Counted from the first letter of the stretch, positions 1 to 7,790 are shown. The stretch is DNA of 15,001 nt from a virus (IMGVR_UViG_2698536395_000029), one strand, 5' to 3'. Numbers and translations are program-made. Notes: generated from the sequence alone by a model not told the origin.

Positions 1-165
1 ATGGCAAAGCCGATCATCACGCTCAATGGCCTAAAAATCGTCATTATGTTGGGAATGCTGGTCATTATTCTCTGCGGTATCCGTTTTGCCGCCGAGATCA
101 TCGTGCCGTTTATTCTCGCATTATTTATTGCTGTTATATATAACTTATTTCGCATAACACATTGA
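1..165 (+). pseudogene. tqsA: 5' fragment of an AI-2E family transporter gene (TqsA/YdgG-like), interrupted by the inserted element
   Basis: ATG at 1; the first ~45 codons ([45 protein letters not shown]) read like the N-terminal membrane helix of E. coli TqsA as I recall it. After codon 45 the frame enters AT-rich sequence (IYNLFRITH) and stops at 163-165, 54 aa instead of ~340. Identification is from memory, not a search. Confidence 0.5.
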
Positions 166-186
166 TTTAATTAAATAATTAACACC

Positions 187-211
187 GCAAAAAGTGCCAA
201 AAATCGCAAAA
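187..211. promoter_or_regulatory. Phased A-tracts (probable intrinsically bent DNA) in the left arm
   Basis: gcAAAAAgtgccAAAAAtcgcAAAAtg: A4-5 tracts recurring at roughly 10-bp spacing, as in att arms and IHF-bent regions. Confidence 0.4.
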
Positions 212-233
212 TGACTACACCAGTGACTACACC
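212..233. repeat. Tandem direct repeat TGACTACACC x2 (12-bp period); candidate integrase arm-type site
   Basis: Exact 10-mer at 212-221 and 224-233, about 80-100 bp inside the inferred left junction. Confidence 0.5.
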
Positions 234-250
234 GTTCGGTGCACTGTATG

Positions 251-276
251 AAACAACGTGGAACAAATAGACACAA
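251..276 (+). promoter_or_regulatory. Phased hexamer array AAACAA-N4-GAACAA-N4-ACACAA (10-bp period)
   Basis: Hexamers at 251-256, 261-266 and 271-276. The 15-mer AACAACGTGGAACAA (252-266) recurs exactly at 7715-7729. Confidence 0.5.
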
Positions 277-344
277 GAAATATACAGGCGGATCATCTTT
301 CCAGGGGGAAGCACACCAATTCATGAGGGGCGTTAATGTCGATA

Positions 345-356
345 TGGGGATCCCCA
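345..356. repeat. 12-bp perfect palindrome TGGGGATCCCCA
   Basis: Reads identically on both strands. Followed at 361-377 by the inverted repeat CCGGAA-T5-TTCCGG. Confidence 0.6.
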
Positions 357-499
357 CCTACCGGAATTTTTTTCCGGTTAAACGTTAATCAGGCTGGTGG
401 GCTTTACCTGTTCGGTAGGTGTTATGATTATCGTAATACCTTTCCCCCAATGGGGTAAAAGCATCAACCGTAACGAAAGTCGTTATGGTTGCCACTGAT

Positions 500-577
500 A
501 CCCCAAATTTGGGTATCACGAGTAAGCCCCAAAATCTGGGTGTTACTCTTACTACCCAAACTACGGGTAGTTTCCGT
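500..577. repeat. Three tandem ~26-bp units, each a small CCCAAA...GGGT palindrome, ending in a 9-bp stem (AAACTACGG / CCGTAGTTT)
   Basis: Units 500-525 (taccccaaatttgggtatcacgagta), 526-551 (agccccaaaatctgggtgttactctt) and 552-577 (actacccaaactacgggtagtttccg). A related motif cccccaatgggg lies at 445-456. Confidence 0.6.
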
Positions 578-589
578 AGTTTCATGGTC

Positions 590-609
590 GAGTTGCAGAT
601 CTGCAACTC
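590..609. repeat. 20-bp perfect palindrome GAGTTGCAGATCTGCAACTC
   Basis: Exact reverse-complement symmetry centred on AGATCT. Confidence 0.7.
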
Positions 610-863
610 CCCCATTAACCACAGGCGAATTTCCGCCTTCGGTCATTCCTTAATCATCTGCGTAATCATAATGATTATTCAGCAAGCGCAATTTTGCGCT
701 TTGCTTAAAGTTCAGCGAGTTACCGCGCCGACTTCCTCAAATTGAGGTTTCCGAAAATATCAGCGGGTTAGCGATTAAGCTGACCATTAATTAAACTGCG
801 AAAATGTCGTAGTTGTGAGGGGTGTAGCCAACCCATTTTTGGGCCGTCGGGAATATCAACCAG

Positions 864-1145
864 TTACCGCCGCAACCGCTCCGGCTTCTTCCAGTGGTAC
901 GTGATTTTCTCCTTCTCCCGATACAGTTCAACGCGGCGATTGTAGGCCAGCATTTCAAGAACGCGGATCCGTATGTCGCGCATATCCGCATCATTAAGCT
1001 GGATACCATCACGGCGCATCACCTCAGCAACAACACGCGCATAATTTTCGGCTGTCACGCTGTCCGGCTGCGTGGTCTGTTCGTCAGCCTGCTGGCTGAT
1101 TCCAGAGACGCGGCGGATTAATCGCAGTATTTCGGCTTCTGTCAT
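864..1145 (-). CDS. Hypothetical protein (93 aa), last gene of the packaging operon
   Basis: ATG at 1145 preceded by GAGGT; begins 14 nt after the TerL stop on the same strand. No family recognised. Confidence 0.5.
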   Translation of the reverse strand: MTEAEILRLIRRVSGISQQADEQTTQPDSVTAENYARVVAEVMRRDGIQLNDADMRDIRIRVLEMLAYNRRVELYREKEKITYHWKKPERLRR

Positions 1146-1158
1146 GCTGCTGACCTCA

Positions 1159-2820
1159 TTACACCCCGCTAAATTCTTCCAGTTTCTGGCGGTGGCTGTC
1201 GCTTATATCAAAAGCAAAATCCTCATGCTCTGCCTGGAATGTACCAAACGCCATCAGCGCCGCTACGCTCGGGTCTATCTTGTTCGGTGATTTTTTCTTG
1301 TTCGGCTTGATATTGGCGTTCGCGTCACTCTGCATCACGACGTTACTCATCGACCAGGACAACACCGGATCGCCACGATGCACAATCACCCTGCGGTTAA
1401 CAAAAACTTCGAACGATTTCGCCGCCGGACTGAATCTGAGGTAGGTTTGCGGGAACGGCTCCACCTCAAAACCAGCCCCCTGTAATTGCGTCCTGAGATG
1501 CGTGGCGTTCCACGTATCAAAGCCCACCAGCCTGATATTAAATTTCTCCGCATCCTGCATGATGTCATCTCTGATCCGGTCGTAATCAATGCAGTCACCT
1601 GGCGTTGTGCGTATCCAGCCCGCTTTAGCCCACTGGCGATAGACAGCGCGGTTTTTATTGGCGGGGTTCTGTAGCTGGAACTCCGGCAGATAATGACGGG
1701 AAACCAGCATGATATTTTTACCGACCGGAAAGGCATAGCACACGCTGGAAATATCGCTGGTTGATGATAAGTCCAGCCCCGCGTAACACTCCTGCCCGTG
1801 TAAATCTTCCTCCGTGAACGTTCCGGCACACTCAGCCCATGCGCCGTTACCCATCCACGGGGTAGCCCCCTGGCACCAGATATTAAATCGCTTTGTCATC
1901 ATCTCCACCCACTGCGACGGAATACCCCGCGCTTTCTGGATGGTTGAGGCCAGTTTTTCACGATCGACGGAAACATCAATATTAGGGTTCGCCTTTATCC
2001 ACATCGCCGGATCATCAACCTCGTTTTCGTCGTCCAGCTCGTAAATCAGTACAAAAATTGAATCGTTAACCTCTTCGCCGTCCAGGATCTGGCAGCAATA
2101 ATCATAGTGCTGTTTACAGGCTGAAACGACGTTGCTGCCTGATGTGGTAATGGCAAATAACAGCCCTTCGGGACGTGCGCCCATCCCCAGCTCAAGCGCG
2201 GAATAAACGCCGTTATCGGGGTGCAAGTGGTATTCGTCCACGATGGAAAGGCTTGGGTTTGTTCCCTCGATGGTTGCCGCTTTTGCTGCCAGCGGCTTTA
2301 ACAGGCTGTTGCTTTTCGGGTGTATCACCTTATGCGCCTGAATATTCACCCGCCTGCGTAACGGTCGGGATAAAAGGCACATCTGACGCGCATCATCAAA
2401 GACGATCCGCGCCTGGTCACGGCTCACCGCTGCGGTGTAGATATCCTGCTGACCGTTCTCCATAATCAGAAACCAGTTAGCCAGAATCGCGGCGGTCGTG
2501 GATTTCGCATTTTTGCGCGGCACTTCGATAAAGGCGCTCGTGTATTTGCGCCGTCCGGTGGCCTTAACCTTAAAGCCGAGGATGCACGCAAAGGCGAACT
2601 GCTGCCACGGCTCCAGCTCAATGGGTCTGCCACGCATCGGTCCTTTTACGTGCGGGCACACCCTGGAAAAGGCAATAAACCGCTCCACAACCTCACGATC
2701 GAACGTGTAAAGGGGGCTTTTAAGGTCCGAAAAGTACCGTTTAACGGCCTGTTTCAGCCGTTTACAGGCCGGAATTTTGCCCGTTTTTACGTCTTCTGCG
2801 TACTTATTCCAGGCGGTCAA
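1159..2820 (-). CDS. terL: Terminase large subunit (Terminase_1-like ATPase/nuclease)
   Basis: 553 aa; Walker-A-like PRKNAKST near residue 100; size and position after TerS. Start per ORF track is TTG at 2820, overlapping the TerS stop; next in-frame ATG is ~60 codons in, so the exact start is uncertain. Confidence 0.9.
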   Translation of the reverse strand: MTAWNKYAEDVKTGKIPACKRLKQAVKRYFSDLKSPLYTFDREVVERFIAFSRVCPHVKGPMRGRPIELEPWQQFAFACILGFKVKATGRRKYTSAFIEVPRKNAKSTTAAILANWFLIMENGQQDIYTAAVSRDQARIVFDDARQMCLLSRPLRRRVNIQAHKVIHPKSNSLLKPLAAKAATIEGTNPSLSIVDEYHLHPDNGVYSALELGMGARPEGLLFAITTSGSNVVSACKQHYDYCCQILDGEEVNDSIFVLIYELDDENEVDDPAMWIKANPNIDVSVDREKLASTIQKARGIPSQWVEMMTKRFNIWCQGATPWMGNGAWAECAGTFTEEDLHGQECYAGLDLSSTSDISSVCYAFPVGKNIMLVSRHYLPEFQLQNPANKNRAVYRQWAKAGWIRTTPGDCIDYDRIRDDIMQDAEKFNIRLVGFDTWNATHLRTQLQGAGFEVEPFPQTYLRFSPAAKSFEVFVNRRVIVHRGDPVLSWSMSNVVMQSDANANIKPNKKKSPNKIDPSVAALMAFGTFQAEHEDFAFDISDSHRQKLEEFSGV

Positions 2821-3160
2821 GCTCGTCCTCTTCTTCTGTTTCCGGTGGGTTTTTACGGCGGCTTATCGGGTCAAAACCGAGCAAGGAGGCCATTTTTATC
2901 ATCACCCTTTCAGCGTCTGATTTCGCGCTTAATGCGGGGTTTCTGCTCTCGCCGCCCTGACTGTTAACAATGCTGAACCCGCGCGCCGCAAGGTCTGCGA
3001 CGGCTTTCCGGTAAATGGAGTAGTTGACACAATACAGTTCCAGATTGCTCCAGTCGGCGGGGGTCAGGTCTCCCCGTTCCGCAAGCTGCCGCGATTTTTC
3101 CCGCCACTGCTTCACGGCGATGTCATCCAGGTAGGCGGGGGCTTTCGGTGGTCTTGCCAT
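2804..3160 (-). CDS. terS: Terminase small subunit (P27-family-like)
   Basis: 118 aa; N-terminus MARPPKAPAYLDD and the YCVNYSIY motif are typical of P27-type TerS; sits immediately upstream of and overlapping TerL. Confidence 0.8.
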   Translation of the reverse strand: MARPPKAPAYLDDIAVKQWREKSRQLAERGDLTPADWSNLELYCVNYSIYRKAVADLAARGFSIVNSQGGESRNPALSAKSDAERVMIKMASLLGFDPISRRKNPPETEEEDELDRLE

Positions 3161-3448
3161 GCTTATTTTTCGTCAGATTATTTTTCAAAAAATTCCCGTG
3201 CATAAAAATTTGAGGAGGCGTTCGGTGCCCGGCGGGGTCGGGTTTGTCCTGAAAACGCCCCCCACCCCGTCATACAGCCTCATCAGCGATTGCGGAAACA
3301 TTCCATAACCTCGCGGTCACGGTCGGTTAATCGCTTCGCTGTGATGCGTTCTGCGCGTCCTGACGCTTTATCTTTATGCCCTGTTTCCTGTGTCTTCCAT
3401 GCGTCACGCTGCCTTATAAGTCCACGGATAAGGCGGTTTTGTTCCCGC
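3161..3448. other. Candidate cos (packaging) region between HNH and TerS
   Basis: 288-bp non-coding gap in the HNH-gap-TerS-TerL arrangement where HK97-like cos phages carry cos. Contains the G/C-rich tract ggtgcccggcggggtcgggtttgtcc (~3225-3250). Position-based inference only. Confidence 0.35.
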
Positions 3449-3889
3449 TCATTCATCAGCGTCATACATCCAGTTATTGCGGTTAGCGGCCCGTTCTTCC
3501 TCTTCACGAAATCCACCTGCGGCACGCTTGCTTTTTGTTGCCGGATCAAGCCACTTCGTTTTCTGGTTATGACACGCCTGGCACAATGGCTGATGGTTCC
3601 ATTCGGGCCAGAAGAGAACATCATCACCGCCATTAATCGGGATAATGTGATCCACCACCACGGCGGGCGTATATATCCCCTTCTCAAGGCATCGCACGCA
3701 TAACGGGTTTTTACTCAGATACATGGCGCGGTATTTTTCCCACTGTCTGGAGTACCCACGCGCGCGGCGGTGTCCTCGTCTGGCATCCTCTGCACGCCAT
3801 GCCGCCCGCCTGTGCTCCTCACACTTGCCGGACTTAACGCGCCTGTTACAGCCTGGTTCTGTACATCGTCTTAATGGTTGCCACGGCAT
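3449..3889 (-). CDS. HNH endonuclease (terminase-associated)
   Basis: 146 aa; cysteine pairs CTEPGC and CVRC, then DHIIP...N...W..NHQPLCQACHNQKT, an HNH signature. ATG at 3889 overlaps the connector stop. Confidence 0.9.
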   Translation of the reverse strand: MPWQPLRRCTEPGCNRRVKSGKCEEHRRAAWRAEDARRGHRRARGYSRQWEKYRAMYLSKNPLCVRCLEKGIYTPAVVVDHIIPINGGDDVLFWPEWNHQPLCQACHNQKTKWLDPATKSKRAAGGFREEEERAANRNNWMYDADE

Positions 3890-4185
3890 CAGTACACCCC
3901 CACATCACGGTAAGCCGTCCAGAGCGCGCCTATCGTCATGGGTACGCGCGTTTTTGCGTTATCCGCTACCAGCTGGCGATTCTCGTACAGGTGAGCGATA
4001 AACATCATGCAGCCAATCTTTATGGCTGGCGTGAACTCCAGCCCGTCATCAAAGCGCCTGCCTATATGTATCTGGCACGCCTCAAGCGATGCGGCAATGT
4101 ATCCGCTGATTAACTGGTCTTCCTCGTCGCCATCGATGCGGCAATGGAGTTTCACTTCTTCCAGGGTGATAAGTTCTTCTGTCAT
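3889..4185 (-). CDS. Head-tail connector protein (gp6-like)
   Basis: 98 aa; N-terminus MTEELITLEEVKLHCRIDGDEEDQLISGYIAAS matches the gp6-like connector pattern (LEE.K.HLRID.DDED.LI). SD GAGGG upstream; ATGA overlap with the adaptor gene. Confidence 0.75.
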   Translation of the reverse strand: MTEELITLEEVKLHCRIDGDEEDQLISGYIAASLEACQIHIGRRFDDGLEFTPAIKIGCMMFIAHLYENRQLVADNAKTRVPMTIGALWTAYRDVGVY

Positions 4186-4520
4186 TTTTCCGCGCCCTCA
4201 CGACAAAGAATTTCAAGGCGTGTCCTGGCGGCATCCGGCAGCGGCTGCCCGATGATATTCAGTACACGCCCCGCCAGCGGCCCCGTATTGACCTTTATCC
4301 GGCTGGTGGCGTTGATGTCCTTCCGGTACCGTATCCAGATCCTTACGGTACCAATCGCCAGCTCTGCACCCGATGAAATGGCCTCCTTGCTGCTGATCAT
4401 GTTCACGCTTGCCCAGAGTGTGTGACCGTCCTCCCACGTTTCGAGTATTTCGCCGGTTATATCCCTGGTCTGTTTCAGGGTCTGAATCGTTACCCTGTCA
4501 CGCAGTCGCCCTATGTTCAT
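4182..4520 (-). CDS. Head-tail adaptor / head-closure protein
   Basis: Start taken at internal ATG 4520 (MNIGRLRDRVTIQ), which has a GAGGGAG SD and an ATGA overlap with the portal stop; the track's longer ORF starts at 4562. The motif RIWIRYRKDI...LEILCRE fits the head-tail adaptor family. Confidence 0.65.
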   Translation of the reverse strand: MNIGRLRDRVTIQTLKQTRDITGEILETWEDGHTLWASVNMISSKEAISSGAELAIGTVRIWIRYRKDINATSRIKVNTGPLAGRVLNIIGQPLPDAARTRLEILCREGAEK

Positions 4521-5728
4521 TCCGGTTTTTCTCCCTCGCTGATTTTTACTTCCTGTTTCCATGCCTGGCTGAACTCATCACCACCATCACGCGGGGACAG
4601 CCCTTCACGTTCGCGGGCTTCGTTCGGGCACATAACGCCGGATTTGATGCCGCGTTCATAGGTGGCAAAGCGTTCGCCAGGTGTGGCCCGTAACAGGTCC
4701 GCGCTGTCAAACTCCACCTGATACCGGATACCAGGTACAGGCGAGGCCACCAGCAGGGCGTTTTTTATCTGCTGCTCAAAGTTCGCCAGCCACGGGCGCA
4801 TTGTCATGGTGAGAAATGCGCGGCTTGCCTCGCTGAAATTGCTGTAGGTGCTGTTGCTGTATTCCTGCAGAAAAATCGGCGAGACGTTGAACATTCGGGC
4901 GATGTCTTCAATGGTGAAGCGACGGGAGGCCAGCCATTCAGCATCCTGATTACTCATGCCCAGCTGCTGATAGCTCATACCCCCTTCAAGGATGGGCGTT
5001 TTTCCGGCGTTTCTGGCCCCTTTGTAGCGTTCCAGTGCGGCTAATGCCTGTTTGCCCTTCACGCCGTCCAGCCATTCGCCTGACGTGATAACCCCTGCCG
5101 CCATCATGCCATCACGCATCACGCTCGCGCCGTGGCGTTGTTGGGCCAGCCCAAGCCCCAGCGATTCGCGGCAGATGGTTACAGGTGAGCGCCCCATAAA
5201 ACCGTCATCCGTGGAGTAACGAAGGTGGAGAACCTCCCACGGTAAATAGTTGCGGGTGTTTCCGGTGTAGGCGTCAGTGATGCAGTAGCGCCAGTTGTGT
5301 TCGCCTGTCTGCTCCACGTTCACCGACTGCGGCGGGTAAGGATGTAAAGCCACCGGAAAACCATCACGCCCCCACTGAATCACCGCATAAGCATTACCGT
5401 TTAACAGGCAGTGGCGGATCATCATTCGCTTAAACTGGTAGGGGGTTTGCCATGCGTTCGGGCGCTCGTTGAGGATGTGATCGACCGGATGAGAATCAAG
5501 CCACTCGCGGGCCTCCTTCCCCTTCTCATTGCGTACCAGGTACAGGTAACACGGCATGGTAGCCACCGCCTCAGAGATGACCGTCACGGCGTTCATGACG
5601 GCGGGCAGTGATTCCGCTGTCCCCGATGATACGTACTCACCCGCCCCCGTGTTCGATGTGCCAGCCAGCGCCATAAACTCATCAAGCGTCATGCTGCGCT
5701 GCTCTTTTTTTCTTCTGAAAGGCCACAT
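4517..5728 (-). CDS. Portal protein (HK97 family)
   Basis: 403 aa; length, composition and position between protease and adaptor; ATG at 5728 two nt after the protease stop. Confidence 0.85.
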   Translation of the reverse strand: MWPFRRKKEQRSMTLDEFMALAGTSNTGAGEYVSSGTAESLPAVMNAVTVISEAVATMPCYLYLVRNEKGKEAREWLDSHPVDHILNERPNAWQTPYQFKRMMIRHCLLNGNAYAVIQWGRDGFPVALHPYPPQSVNVEQTGEHNWRYCITDAYTGNTRNYLPWEVLHLRYSTDDGFMGRSPVTICRESLGLGLAQQRHGASVMRDGMMAAGVITSGEWLDGVKGKQALAALERYKGARNAGKTPILEGGMSYQQLGMSNQDAEWLASRRFTIEDIARMFNVSPIFLQEYSNSTYSNFSEASRAFLTMTMRPWLANFEQQIKNALLVASPVPGIRYQVEFDSADLLRATPGERFATYERGIKSGVMCPNEAREREGLSPRDGGDEFSQAWKQEVKISEGEKPE

Positions 5729-5729
5729 A

Positions 5730-6302
5730 TCACACCCCCGCTAAATCCGCCCACCAGCGGCGATTATCCGCACGCGGCATTTTTTCGGGGTGCTGCTCGT
5801 ACAGGGAGCGGCGGGCCAGCTCCACGCCGGAATCAGGGTAAGCCGGTACGGATGTGACGGTAATTTCGTACAGTTCCGCAACCAGCACGGTGCGCACGCA
5901 TGGATCTGTTGTGGTATCCCATACATCCTTACGGGAACGAAAGCCAAAGCTCATGCCGGATATATCACCACGTTTAACCAGTTCGATAACGTCCCGCCCT
6001 GTGCTGGTATCCGGTGGGGTCAGTTCAAAGCGTAACCCTGTTTCGTCCTCTTCCAGTTTCAGCGTGCCGGAACGGGTACGCCCCAGCAACATGCTGTGGT
6101 CATGCTCATACAGGCCGCGAACGTCATTACCCGCCGCAAGCCATTCAGTAAACGCTCCCCGCTGGAATTTTTCGTAAAACTCCCCCCATAGCAGCTCTGA
6201 AAGCTTATCCCAGCGAACAACGTAGCCTGTAAGCGTGTTGCTGGCGCTGGTGGTGATTTCCGATGACCGGATTTCCATACTCTTCATAATTTTTTCACCC
6301 AT
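5730..6302 (-). CDS. Prohead maturation protease (HK97 / U35-S78 family)
   Basis: 190 aa; motifs GYVVRWDKLS...GAF...LYEHD typical of HK97 prohead protease; lies directly after the capsid gene. Start may be ATG 6302 or ATG 6287. Confidence 0.8.
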   Translation of the reverse strand: MGEKIMKSMEIRSSEITTSASNTLTGYVVRWDKLSELLWGEFYEKFQRGAFTEWLAAGNDVRGLYEHDHSMLLGRTRSGTLKLEEDETGLRFELTPPDTSTGRDVIELVKRGDISGMSFGFRSRKDVWDTTTDPCVRTVLVAELYEITVTSVPAYPDSGVELARRSLYEQHPEKMPRADNRRWWADLAGV

Positions 6303-6311
6303 AAAACACTA

Positions 6312-6331
6312 AAGGGGCTTTTAAGCCCCTT
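6312..6331 (-). terminator. Stem-loop with T-rich tail between capsid and protease (likely partial terminator/attenuator)
   Basis: AAGGGGC-ttttaa-GCCCCTT; on the minus strand the hairpin is followed by TTTAGTGTTTTAT, 10 nt after the capsid stop. Confidence 0.4.
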
Positions 6332-6341
6332 CTGTATGCTG

Positions 6342-7499
6342 TTAATCGTCGTCCTGTGGCAGTTCCAGAATCTTGATCGCGTTCGAATCCACCACGCCAC
6401 CGCCTAAATATTTCTGCGTGAAAATTTTGATGAAGCCCGGCTCTGTGAGGTTGTCCGGTCTGGTGCGAACACCTGTTTCGTGATCAACAATGTAGTAACC
6501 GCGTTTGAAGTCACCCAGGGCAATAACGTTATCAGGCATAAACTCCAGATATTCGACCGGAAGGCCCAGCAACGTATCAGGATCACCCGCCTGTAAACGG
6601 TCGCGCCAGATATAATCACCGTTCGCGTTCTTCACCTTCTGAAGTTTTGCCGCCGTCGTGGAGTTAACCACCCAGACCGCGTTTTTGCGGTATTTTTTAC
6701 GTAATGCAAATTTCAGGTCGATCAGCGGGTCCGCAGATGTCCACGCCAGAGATTCGGAAGGTTTAATTACCTGCAACGTACCAAAATCACGCTCTTTGTC
6801 GTTCTTCTCTGCACGGGGTACGGATAAAAAACCTTTTGCTTTTTTGTCACCGTCGCCCACAACCAGATCGCTTTCTTCGGTTTCCGTGAAGGTGTCGCCA
6901 ATCTCACCCGTCAGCCATGAAAGGATGTCCACATCGGAAAAATCCACGATTTCCTGTGTGGTGCGCGGGTACGCATAGACCGGATACAGCTTAATGCTCA
7001 CCTCGTTAATCTGCGGGGGGCTGGTCTGTTCGCGTGCCTTACCCTCTTCACCGTGGTTAACGGTCGCACCGCCAGCGGAAACAAGCTGCTTAAACTCGTT
7101 GCTGCTGATTTTCTTCACGGTACAGATGCGGCGCATGGTGGATTCATCCGCCAGCATTCGCATGATTTCGGTGTTCAGTTCAGGGATAACGGTATAACCA
7201 CCATCAGCGGGAACGCCTGTACTTAATGCGCGGGTTTCACCTGTCAGAATGTAGTTGCGTAGTTCTGCGGGGTCAGTGGTCTGACTGCTTTTACCTGGCT
7301 TGCTGCGCTCTTCGTCTGCAATGGCTTCAAGGCGGGAAATGTCTTTATCGAGGGATTCAGCTTTAGCGCGTAATTCGTCAAATTTTGCGCCCTCAGCATC
7401 GTTAAGACTGCGGTTTTCTTTTTCCGCGTTCTCCAGCATGTCGCGCATCTGATTTTTAATGGCGGTTTTCTGCTGGCGTAATTCGATTATTCTCGGCAT
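6342..7499 (-). CDS. Major capsid protein (HK97 fold) with N-terminal coiled-coil delta/scaffold-like region
   Basis: Start set at ATG 7499 (MPRIIELRQQ); the track's upstream start at 7547 is GTG. The charged, helical N-terminal ~100 aa followed by a ~280-aa body is the HK97 pattern. Confidence 0.85.
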   Translation of the reverse strand: MPRIIELRQQKTAIKNQMRDMLENAEKENRSLNDAEGAKFDELRAKAESLDKDISRLEAIADEERSKPGKSSQTTDPAELRNYILTGETRALSTGVPADGGYTVIPELNTEIMRMLADESTMRRICTVKKISSNEFKQLVSAGGATVNHGEEGKAREQTSPPQINEVSIKLYPVYAYPRTTQEIVDFSDVDILSWLTGEIGDTFTETEESDLVVGDGDKKAKGFLSVPRAEKNDKERDFGTLQVIKPSESLAWTSADPLIDLKFALRKKYRKNAVWVVNSTTAAKLQKVKNANGDYIWRDRLQAGDPDTLLGLPVEYLEFMPDNVIALGDFKRGYYIVDHETGVRTRPDNLTEPGFIKIFTQKYLGGGVVDSNAIKILELPQDDD

Positions 7500-7506
7500 A
7501 AAAAAA

Positions 7507-7536
7507 GTCCTGGGGTTAAGTAAGGAACTCCAGGAC
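7507..7536 (-). promoter_or_regulatory. Hairpin whose 3' arm contains the capsid Shine-Dalgarno, followed by T7 and the capsid ATG
   Basis: Minus strand reads GTCCTGG-(16 nt)-CCAGGAC-TTTTTTT-ATG; the AGGA of the putative SD sits inside the stem. Confidence 0.45.
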
Positions 7537-7713
7537 GCGGCAAACACTCAACCGTTTTTCATAAGGAAATCAGTAATCGCACCGATCGTTTTCCCGCCTG
7601 GTAATGAATATTGGCGAGCACATTAACAGGCGGGAAAGTGGCCCCAGCGTCCTGGCACCACGGGCGAGAATACTCATGATTCAGTTCGGGTAAAATATGC
7701 CGATCCTGTCAGT

Positions 7714-7739
7714 GAACAACGTGGAACAACCACGAACAA
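7714..7739 (+). promoter_or_regulatory. Phased hexamer array GAACAA-cgtg-GAACAA-ccac-GAACAA (10-bp period) upstream of the head operon
   Basis: Hexamers at 7714-7719, 7724-7729 and 7734-7739, about 215-240 bp upstream of the capsid ATG. Confidence 0.5.
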
Positions 7740-7750
7740 ATAATTTACAA

Positions 7751-7779
7751 AAAATGACAAAAAGCCGGATTGCTCCGGC
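7751..7779 (-). terminator. Rho-independent terminator after the 74-aa orphan gene
   Basis: Minus strand GCCGGA-gcaa-TCCGGC followed by TTTTTGTCATTTT; 12 nt after the stop at 7791. Confidence 0.6.
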
Positions 7780-7790
7780 TGTATGCGTGC

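Noticed and set aside
540-640. Possible tRNA or tmRNA 3' end at the integration site
   Set aside because: Looked for a T-arm (GGTTCGAATCC-like) and acceptor-CCA context; ggtcgagttgcagatctgcaactc is a perfect palindrome, not a T-loop, and no cloverleaf can be drawn.
385-745. ORFs 385..615 (-), 464..646 (-) and 485..745 (+) in the left arm
   Set aside because: They run through the tandem palindromic repeats, have no SD and give low-complexity translations; the region is better read as non-coding.
1386-2967. Several 60-150-aa ORFs on both strands (1386..1829, 1486..1674, 1814..2044, 2175..2465, 2498..2710, 2650..2967)
   Set aside because: All fall within or antisense to the TerL and TerS coding sequence; no independent SD or coupling.
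3283-3703. ORFs 3283..3687 (-) and 3290..3703 (+)
   Set aside because: Overlap the HNH gene and candidate cos region out of frame; basic, low-complexity translations; no SD.
6342-7547. Longer capsid ORF starting at 7547
   Set aside because: That start is a GTG with no SD, and the extra 16 codons run through the upstream hairpin; ATG 7499 after AGGA and a T-run is preferred.
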